Shown: piece by piece, positions 57,545 to 64,000 of the stretch
Layout of the letters: each line of letters begins with the position of its first letter
How positions within the stretch are numbered: the first letter of the stretch is position 1
NCBI GenBank assembly: GCA_965216755.1
Contig: CBDCGL010000011.1
Coordinates: 3,584,001-3,648,000, forward strand
Length of the DNA stretch: 64,000 nucleotides
Source: Alphaproteobacteria bacterium
GTDB taxonomy: Bacteria; Pseudomonadota; Alphaproteobacteria; UBA7887
Direction of reading: 5' to 3'
The notes under the pieces: generated by a model
What the model saw: the letters and a program-made list of their open reading frames with translations, nothing else
Told to the model about the DNA's origin: nothing
Database searches by the model: none
Position numbers and translations under genes: made by a program

Positions 57545-58009
57545 ATGATTAAGAAGATCGCGGCGCTTTTTCAAGCCGAGCCAGCGGCCGTCGCGCGCAC
57601 CGCGACACACGACGATGACGACAAACGCGTCGCGGCGGCGGCCTTGTTGATCGAAGCGGCGATGATGGACAGCCAGTTCGATGATGATGAGCGCGCGACG
57701 ATCGCGGCGCTGGTGCAGCAGCGTTTCGACTTGGAACCCGACGAAAGCGAAGAATTGATCGCGCGCGCGGCGCGTGCCGTCGACGAGACCCAGCAGCTTT
57801 ATCGATTTACCCGCGTCATCAACGACACATTCGCGCCCGAGGAACGTGTCGAACTGATCGAAATGTTGTGGGCGGTGGTCTATGCCGATGGCGAACTGCA
57901 TCACTATGAGGCCAACCTGCTGCGCCGCGTCGCCGGATTGTTGTATGTCAGCGACAAGGACCGGGGCCTGGCCAAGCGGCGAGTCTTACAGCGTTTGGGC
58001 CTCAGCTAA
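57545..58009 (+). CDS. TerB-family protein
   Basis: AAAALLIEAA..D, MLWAVVYADG.LHHYE..L.RRVAGLLYV. Confidence 0.85.
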   Translation: MIKKIAALFQAEPAAVARTATHDDDDKRVAAAALLIEAAMMDSQFDDDERATIAALVQQRFDLEPDESEELIARAARAVDETQQLYRFTRVINDTFAPEERVELIEMLWAVVYADGELHHYEANLLRRVAGLLYVSDKDRGLAKRRVLQRLGLS

Positions 58010-58157
58010 CGTTCTTGCGCGCAGTGCGCGCCTGCCGAACACAAGAATTCATTGAATAAAGTGTCCGCGTGGGCCAGAAACAGGCGGTTGAGACAACGGG
58101 GCTACTGTTGGCGCTGTGCCCGGGCCGCCGATGCGCCGGTTTGAGGAGAGGGTGAGA

Positions 58158-58499
58158 ATGACCTACGTCGTGATCGATTCATGCATTCGCTGCAAATACA
58201 TGGATTGTGTTGAAGTGTGCCCGGTGGACTGCTTCTACGAAGGTGAAAACATGCTGGTCATTCATCCGGATGAATGCATCGATTGCGGCGTTTGCGAACC
58301 GGAGTGCCCGGCCGAGGCGATATTGCCCGACAGTGAGGGCGAGCTCGACAAATGGCTGAAATTGAATCGCGATTATGCCGAGAAGTGGCCGAATATTACG
58401 CGCAAGGGCGAGTCACCGCCGGACGCCGATGAATACAAGGATATGGATGGCAAGTTCGAAAAGTTTTTCAGCGACAAGCCGGGCAATACGGACGGTTAG
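58158..58499 (+). CDS. fdxA: Ferredoxin FdxA (7Fe type)
   Basis: [38 protein letters not shown]; GAGGAG upstream. Confidence 0.96.
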   Translation: MTYVVIDSCIRCKYMDCVEVCPVDCFYEGENMLVIHPDECIDCGVCEPECPAEAILPDSEGELDKWLKLNRDYAEKWPNITRKGESPPDADEYKDMDGKFEKFFSDKPGNTDG

Positions 58500-58639
58500 C
58501 TGGCGTACTGGCCCGGGCGCGATCGCTGGCCGGGCCGGGTGACGCGAATGATCCAATGCGAACTTTCCCTGCCGCCGCGGATCACGTCGCCCTGAGCGTG
58601 ACGGGTATGGCAGCTACGCGGGCCGTTTCTGCCAAAACA

Positions 58640-58667
58640 TTGTATTTCTGCAACAATTTGTGATACT
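58640..58667 (+). promoter_or_regulatory. Candidate carD promoter with extended -10
   Basis: TTGTAT-16 nt-GATACT with TG at the extended position, in an AT-rich patch about 230 nt before carD. Confidence 0.45.
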
Positions 58668-58898
58668 TTCTTGAAGCTGGTTAGTGGGAAGTCGTTCGTG
58701 CCCCGCCGTAACAATGGCCGGGGTGTCATCATCCGAGCACTGACGAACGAGACTGTCGCGGGCAGGCCTTAGAACGTGGGGCTGGCGCCGTGAAGGTGAC
58801 GGTTCGCCAATTTGGCCATCAACGCTATTGCCTATGCCCAGCGCCCGCGGCGACAGCCAAAGCCGCATTGAACCTAAGCGGGAAGAAAGACTTTTGAC

Positions 58899-59396
58899 AT
58901 GATGGACAAGCGGAAATTCGACGCGGGTGACTTTGTCGTCTATCCGTCGCATGGCCTGGGCCGTGTCATCGGCCTGGAACAACAGACCATAGGCGGGATG
59001 GAGCTCAATCTGTATGTGATTGATTTCGCTAAAGATAAGATGACGTTGCGGGTGCCGATCGAAAAGGCTCTGGATTCAGGTATGCGGCCCATCAGCTCCC
59101 ACGCGCAAATGGGTAAGGCGGTCAAGACTCTGAAGGGCCGCGCCCGCGTCAAGCGCACGATGTGGAGCCGGCGCGCACAGGAATATGAGGCCAAGCTCAA
59201 TTCGGGCGACCCAGTATCAATTGCCGAAGTCCTGCGCGATCTGCACCGCGCGGCGGGGCAACCCGAGCAATCCTATAGCGAGCGACAACTTTATGAAGCC
59301 GCGCTTGACAGGCTGGCGCGTGAGTTCGCCGCCGTCGAGAATATCGATACGGATGCGGCGACCAAAAAACTTGAAGAGGTCCTGGAGGCGGCCTAG
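58899..59396 (+). CDS. carD: CarD-family RNA polymerase-binding factor
   Basis: GDFVVYPSHGLG, KMTLRVP, MWSRRAQEYEAKLNSGD, QSYSERQLYE. Confidence 0.95.
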   Translation: MMDKRKFDAGDFVVYPSHGLGRVIGLEQQTIGGMELNLYVIDFAKDKMTLRVPIEKALDSGMRPISSHAQMGKAVKTLKGRARVKRTMWSRRAQEYEAKLNSGDPVSIAEVLRDLHRAAGQPEQSYSERQLYEAALDRLAREFAAVENIDTDAATKKLEEVLEAA

Positions 59397-59585
59397 CGTG
59401 GCCTGAACGTCGTCGACCGGTTATCGTTCCATCGATATCACTTGTGTTGCGTTAGCGTGCCACGCCAAGCACCGACCGCGATGGCGGTTGGTTGTCGTCG
59501 CCGCGCCAGTGGGTATGATGCACTTTGTGGCGACCTTGCCGAATTGATTGCGGCAAGTCGTCGGTGTTGAGGGCCGTCGACGCGC

Positions 59586-60392
59586 GTGGCTGGGGGGCAA
59601 CAGGGTAAATTTGCAGTGTTGGCGCATCCGCGCCGGGTTTGGGCCGTGGCAGCCGTCCACGGCGCTGCGGCACGACTGCGTGCCCTCCACGACAGTTTGG
59701 AGCGCCGGTTCGTCGCCGGCGATCGCTTGGTTTACACGGGCAATCTGTTGGGCCGCGGCGATGCCGTTCGCGAAACGGCGGACGAGGTTCTGCTGTTTCG
59801 ACGCGCCTTGTTGGCGCGCTTTCTTTTGCAAAACGAGGACATCGTCATATTGCGCGGTGGCCAGGAAGAGATGTGGCACAAGCTTCTGCAGCTGCATCTG
59901 GCGCACGCACCGGCCCAGGTCGCGGAATGGATGTTCGCCAATGGCGCCGCCGCGACCCTGGCTTCATACGGCGGTGATGCGGACGAAGCGCGCATGCGCT
60001 GTCGCGAAGGCGCGCTGGCGTTGGCGCGATGGACCGGTCAACTGCGCGAGGCGGTGCGCCGCCATTCCGGTCACGAAGAGCTGTTGTTTTCACTCCGGCG
60101 CGCGGCCGTCAGCGACAATGGCCGCTTATTGTTTGTTCATTGTGGTCTCGACATCACGCGGCCCCTGGCCGATCAGGCCGACAGCTTTTGGTGGGGCGCC
60201 AGCGATTTTCAGGCCATCAATGAACCCTACGAAGGGTTTGCGCGTATTGTGCGCGGCTACGATCCCAATCATGCCGGCGCCGACAATGGCGCCGTTGCCA
60301 TAACGATCGACGGCAACTGCGGTTTTGGCGGCGAATTGGTCGCGGTGTGTTTTGACTCCGATGGCGCGATGGTTGATCAGATCACTGTCTGA
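59586..60392 (+). CDS. Calcineurin-like metallophosphoesterase homologue with degenerate metal-binding motifs
   Basis: PPP motif spacing retained: AAVHG, GNLLGRG, RGGQEEM, FVHCG, VRGYDP, IDGNCGFGG. Confidence 0.75.
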   Translation: MAGGQQGKFAVLAHPRRVWAVAAVHGAAARLRALHDSLERRFVAGDRLVYTGNLLGRGDAVRETADEVLLFRRALLARFLLQNEDIVILRGGQEEMWHKLLQLHLAHAPAQVAEWMFANGAAATLASYGGDADEARMRCREGALALARWTGQLREAVRRHSGHEELLFSLRRAAVSDNGRLLFVHCGLDITRPLADQADSFWWGASDFQAINEPYEGFARIVRGYDPNHAGADNGAVAITIDGNCGFGGELVAVCFDSDGAMVDQITV

Positions 60393-60570
60393 GCGCTGAT
60401 CATTCGGCGGTCGCCGACCGAACGTGTTCCCCAATTTGAGCTGTATTTCCGCGGTTTCTGCGTAAGCCATTGGCCCTTAACGCTTTGGTAAGCATTGGCG
60501 GTTGTTAATACATTCACCGTCAAGAAATAGGCGGGCAATTATTCAACCAAGAATGTGGTCAGGTTCAACA

Positions 60571-61449
60571 ATGGCTGTTGCAGAAAATCCCGCCACGCAA
60601 AGTGCAAATCGGCGGTACATCAATCGGTCCATGAAGACGGCGCTGCTGACGCGTGAACGCGAGTTCGAGCTGGCGCGTCGGTGGCGCGATTCGCAGGATG
60701 AAGAGGCATTGCACGAATTGGTCAATGCCTACTCTCGGCTGGTCATCAAGATCGCGGCGCGGTTCCGCAACTACGGGCTGCCCATGAGTGACCTTGTGCA
60801 AGAAGGCAACATCGGCATCTTGCAGGCGGCGGCGCGTTTCGAGCCGGAACGCGAGATCCGCTTTTCGACCTACGCCTCTTGGTGGATTCGCTCGGCGATG
60901 CAGGACTATGTGCTGCGCAACTGGTCGATTGTCCGTACCGGAACGACCGCCGCTCAAAAAGCGTTGTTCTTTAATCTACGCCGCATGCGCGCCAAATATG
61001 CGCGCGATTTGGACGGCTGGCTGGATGAAAAAAGCACACGAAAAATCGCCGACGAGCTACGCGTCAACACCTCGGATGTTGGCGACATGGAAATGCGCTT
61101 GGCCGCCAATGACCAGTCGCTGAATGCCTCCGTCGCCGATTCTAGCGAGGACGAGTGGCAGGATTTCTTGCAAGACGACCAAGCTGGCCCGGAAGAGGTG
61201 GTCGTTGAAATGCGCGACCACGAGACCCGCTCGCGTTGGCTTGCTCAGGCGCTAGAGGAGCTGTCGCCACGTGAACGGACGATCATCAGCGAACGGCGCT
61301 TGCGCGAAAACGCGGTGACTCTGGAGGAACTTGGCAAGACCTTGGGAATCAGCAAGGAGCGCGTCCGCCAGATCGAACATAAGGCTTTGCAAAAACTGCG
61401 CACGTCGGTCACCAAGCGCGAGAATCCCGAACTCGATCAGGCGGCGTAG
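60571..61449 (+). CDS. rpoH2: RNA polymerase sigma-32 family factor (RpoH2-like)
   Basis: DLVQEGNIG, RFSTYASWWIR, RpoH box WSIVRTGTTAAQKALFFNLRR, SKERVRQIE. Confidence 0.85.
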   Translation: MAVAENPATQSANRRYINRSMKTALLTREREFELARRWRDSQDEEALHELVNAYSRLVIKIAARFRNYGLPMSDLVQEGNIGILQAAARFEPEREIRFSTYASWWIRSAMQDYVLRNWSIVRTGTTAAQKALFFNLRRMRAKYARDLDGWLDEKSTRKIADELRVNTSDVGDMEMRLAANDQSLNASVADSSEDEWQDFLQDDQAGPEEVVVEMRDHETRSRWLAQALEELSPRERTIISERRLRENAVTLEELGKTLGISKERVRQIEHKALQKLRTSVTKRENPELDQAA

Positions 61450-61494
61450 TTTCGACGCGTTGCCAATCTGATTGCGCGCGCCGGGGCCGAGTGG

Positions 61495-62301
61495 TCAGAA
61501 CAACAGCTCGATTTGTTCGGGGTGGGTCGCATCGATGACCGGGCCATTGAATTCCTCGATCCAGCCCCGCGCCCGCAAATCACGGCCGACCAGCTCCTCG
61601 AACACATAGCCCTCGGCCTCAAATAGGCGGCGGTCGCGCGGGGCGATGGATATGGTGAAGTCACTTCGCCAATCTTCGCCAAAGTTCAAATAGGCGCGGC
61701 CGCGCACCACCGCCGCCGAAACCACTGTGCCCTCGACCAACTGGAAGCTGCCAATATCATCGTCGACCTCGACCACGTCCCGGATCGCGTAAAAGGGGTG
61801 GCGCCAAATTCCCGCCGCCGCCTCGCGGGCGGCACGCTCGCGGTCAAGCAAATCGCTGACGCAAGATCGATTGTCGGCAAAAGTGTAGACGCGCGCCATC
61901 CCGGCGCTGACCATCTCACCCTGCACCCACAGCGAATCATCCAAATATAGATGAGCCAGCAATCGACCATGGCGGTCGACCTCGCGGCCGCCATGCGCCA
62001 GCTGCACGTTACGTCCCAGGACCAATTTTTCCAACGCCTGCTGGGCCTCGTCGGCGAGCGGCCAAGCCACGAAGTTGCGGCGTCCAAGTGGCAACTTCGG
62101 CGCTTGGGTGCCGACCAGGCGGACTTCTCGGCCGCTCTCAAGGACGACCGTGTCACCGTCAATCACTTCAACAACCTGTTGGCCCGGACCGACACGCTCA
62201 AGATCGCAGGCATCGGCCGGTTTGCCCCAGATCATGAGCGCCAGCGCCGGCAGCAATCCAGCAAGCAAACGACCACGGCCATGTTTTTGCCATGATGTCA
62301 T
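61495..62301 (-). CDS. Secreted thermonuclease (SNase-family) with C-terminal OB-like domain
   Basis: VIDGDT, VRLVG..AP, DRHGRLLAH, GMARVY, E..AR....GIW; YLNFGEDWRSDFT. Confidence 0.87.
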   Translation of the reverse strand: MTSWQKHGRGRLLAGLLPALALMIWGKPADACDLERVGPGQQVVEVIDGDTVVLESGREVRLVGTQAPKLPLGRRNFVAWPLADEAQQALEKLVLGRNVQLAHGGREVDRHGRLLAHLYLDDSLWVQGEMVSAGMARVYTFADNRSCVSDLLDRERAAREAAAGIWRHPFYAIRDVVEVDDDIGSFQLVEGTVVSAAVVRGRAYLNFGEDWRSDFTISIAPRDRRLFEAEGYVFEELVGRDLRARGWIEEFNGPVIDATHPEQIELLF

Positions 62302-62341
62302 CGCGTCGCTAGTATCCCCCTTCTTCACTTCACCATCGTCG

Positions 62342-63301
62342 ATGTCACAGATCAACCTTTACCCGACCATCGAGCCCTTTGCCAGCGGCCGGCTGCCGCT
62401 TGGTTCGCCGCATGTCATGTATTGGGAACAATCGGGCCATCCGGACGGCTGCCCGGTTGTCTTCTTGCATGGCGGGCCGGGCGCCGGGGCGTCACCGTCC
62501 AACCGGCGTTATTTCGATCCGACCCACTATCGCATCATCATCTATGACCAACGCGGCGCCGGCCGCTCGGCCCCTTTGGGCAGCTTGGTTGACAACACGA
62601 CGCAACATTTAATCGACGACCTTGAGCAGCTGCGGCGGTTCCTGAAAATAGAGTCATGGATCGTGTTTGGCGGTTCCTGGGGCAGCACACTTGCGTTGGC
62701 ATACGCCGAGGCGCATCCAGAGCGGTGTCAAGCGCTTGTATTACGGGGCATTTTTTTGTGCCAGCCGGAAGAGATCGAATGGTTTCTGCACGGCATGGGG
62801 CGGTTCTTTCCAGAGGCCTGGACCGAGTTTGTGGGCCATCTGCGGGCCGACGAACGCGACGACATTCTCGCCAACTATTATCGGCGCCTCATCGATTCCG
62901 ATCCGGCCGTACACGTGCCGGCAGCGCTCGCCTGGAGCCGCTATGAAGGGCGTTGCTCGACCTTGTTGCCGAGCCTCGAGACCGAACAAGCCTTTGGCAA
63001 GGAACGAATGGCCTTGGGGCTCGCCCGAATCGAAGCCCATTACTTTGTCAATCGGCTGTTCTTGCCAAGTGGCGCTTTGCTGACGGCGATCAAACGGATC
63101 CACGATATTCCCGGCTATATCGTACAGGGCCGCTACGACATGGTGTGTCCGCCCCGCACCGCCGACATGCTGCATCGCGCTTGGCCAAGGTCGCGTTTGA
63201 AAATGGTTCCCGAGGCCGGGCATTCGTCACTGGAGCCGGGCATTAGTCGCGCTTTGGTCGCCGTTATGGACACATTGCGCGACCAAGGCTCGGGCGGGTA
63301 A
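62342..63301 (+). CDS. pip: Proline iminopeptidase
   Basis: HGGPG, DQRGAGRS, FGGSWGSTL, LRGIFL, ARIEAHYF, QGRYD, AGHS. Confidence 0.95.
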   Translation: MSQINLYPTIEPFASGRLPLGSPHVMYWEQSGHPDGCPVVFLHGGPGAGASPSNRRYFDPTHYRIIIYDQRGAGRSAPLGSLVDNTTQHLIDDLEQLRRFLKIESWIVFGGSWGSTLALAYAEAHPERCQALVLRGIFLCQPEEIEWFLHGMGRFFPEAWTEFVGHLRADERDDILANYYRRLIDSDPAVHVPAALAWSRYEGRCSTLLPSLETEQAFGKERMALGLARIEAHYFVNRLFLPSGALLTAIKRIHDIPGYIVQGRYDMVCPPRTADMLHRAWPRSRLKMVPEAGHSSLEPGISRALVAVMDTLRDQGSGG

Positions 63302-63368
63302 ACAGGTCAACACTGCGCCAGTTTGGGCGCGCATTCGCAAGAACAAGCGATATCGAAAGATCTGGGGG

Positions 63369-63887
63369 GTGACGATGCGAGCGATGCGGGTGGCCGTGTT
63401 ATTGGCTGTATGGTGTGCGACATTGATAGCAGGCGCGCGCGGCGTGCGCGCCGCCGACGAACCGGATTTCCTGGTACTTGGGGTCGGCGCCTACGATGTT
63501 CTTGATGACTTCATCGCGACAGAGTTCGACGCGCAGTTTCGTTTCAATGAACGGCTTTGGTTTATTCGACCGATGGTCGGCGCGATGGCCACCACCGACA
63601 GCGCTTTTTTCGCTTATGCCGGGATATTTGCCGACATCAACCTTGGTCAGAGACTGGTCGTGACACCAAGTTTTGGCGCCGGCATCTACCACGAAGGCGA
63701 CGGCAAGGATTTGGGCGGCAATCTGCAATTCCGCTCGGCGGTAGAATTCGCCTATCGATTCGATGATCGGGCGCGATTGGGGGTTGAACTCGGCCATTTG
63801 TCGAACGGCAGTATTTTGGATACCAATCCGGGCGAGGAATTTATCATCGTCAACTATTCACTGCCGACCGATGTGTTCACACGATAA
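63369..63887 (+). CDS. Acyloxyacyl hydrolase / PagL-family lipid A deacylase-like outer-membrane protein
   Basis: Signal peptide, GKDLGG.LQFRS, HLSNG...NPGEE. Confidence 0.82.
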   Translation: MTMRAMRVAVLLAVWCATLIAGARGVRAADEPDFLVLGVGAYDVLDDFIATEFDAQFRFNERLWFIRPMVGAMATTDSAFFAYAGIFADINLGQRLVVTPSFGAGIYHEGDGKDLGGNLQFRSAVEFAYRFDDRARLGVELGHLSNGSILDTNPGEEFIIVNYSLPTDVFTR

Positions 63888-64000
63888 CCGGCGCGCAACC
63901 GTCGATATCGCAGGAAAATGATCGTCGCGAAGATCGGCGCGCCCACCGCCGCCAAGATCAAGAACGGCTGCAACCAGCCAAGCCACGCGACTGGCGCAAC
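63854..64000 (-). CDS. C-terminus of a membrane protein, possibly CDP-alcohol phosphatidyltransferase family; truncated by the window edge
   Basis: Minus-strand frame reads VAPVAWLGWLQPFLILAAVGAPIFATIIFLRYRRLR...stop at 63854. Confidence 0.5.
   Translation of the reverse strand, partial: VAPVAWLGWLQPFLILAAVGAPIFATIIFLRYRRLRAGYRVNTSVGSE

Noticed and set aside
57545-58009. Tellurite-resistance or anti-phage ter operon
   Set aside because: A single stand-alone TerB-family gene with no terA, C, D or Z.
54426-62301. Helicase plus nuclease as a defence system
   Set aside because: The helicase sits in the usual helicase-S4-fdxA-carD housekeeping context; the nuclease is secreted, on the other strand and several genes away.
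1-64000. CRISPR arrays, IS elements, prophage or rRNA
   Set aside because: No regularly spaced repeats, transposase, integrase, phage structural genes or rRNA-like sequence seen; intergenic gaps are all about 400 nt or less.

Overview
GC-rich alphaproteobacterial chromosomal segment (Rhodospirillales-like, inferred from gene content and order). It is almost fully coding, with no CRISPR array, transposase, integrase or phage gene. From left to right: a dipeptide ABC importer abutting an RND efflux pair; trkH, folE, apaG and an orphan radical SAM gene; tRNA-Gly(CCC); a sugar ABC importer without its ATPase; an atypical hisS; an ArsR-SRPBCC-ABM-methyltransferase operon; and a complete ccmABCDEFGHI operon. 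About 22 kb of accessory genes follow: an aldolase/dehydrogenase module, a metal-uptake operon, an ABC transporter with two CoA ligases, and boxCB-tupBCA-hydrolase. The window ends with acnA, DUF1223, htpG, a Suv3-like helicase, Hsp15, TerB-family, fdxA, carD, a probably dead metallophosphoesterase, an RpoH-family sigma factor, a nuclease, pip and a PagL-family gene. The most notable signal is at 29.7-34.2 kb. A His-rich secretory leader ORF with no CxxC ends in the ribosome-arrest motif RAPP. Its stop-codon region can base-pair with the sequence next to the Shine-Dalgarno of a His-motif outer-membrane barrel and a ZnuACB-like transporter, and a Zur-like box lies upstream. This suggests a CruR/CutF-like translational metal sensor for Zn, Ni or Co rather than Cu. 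All product calls come from motif recognition by eye; no database searches were run.
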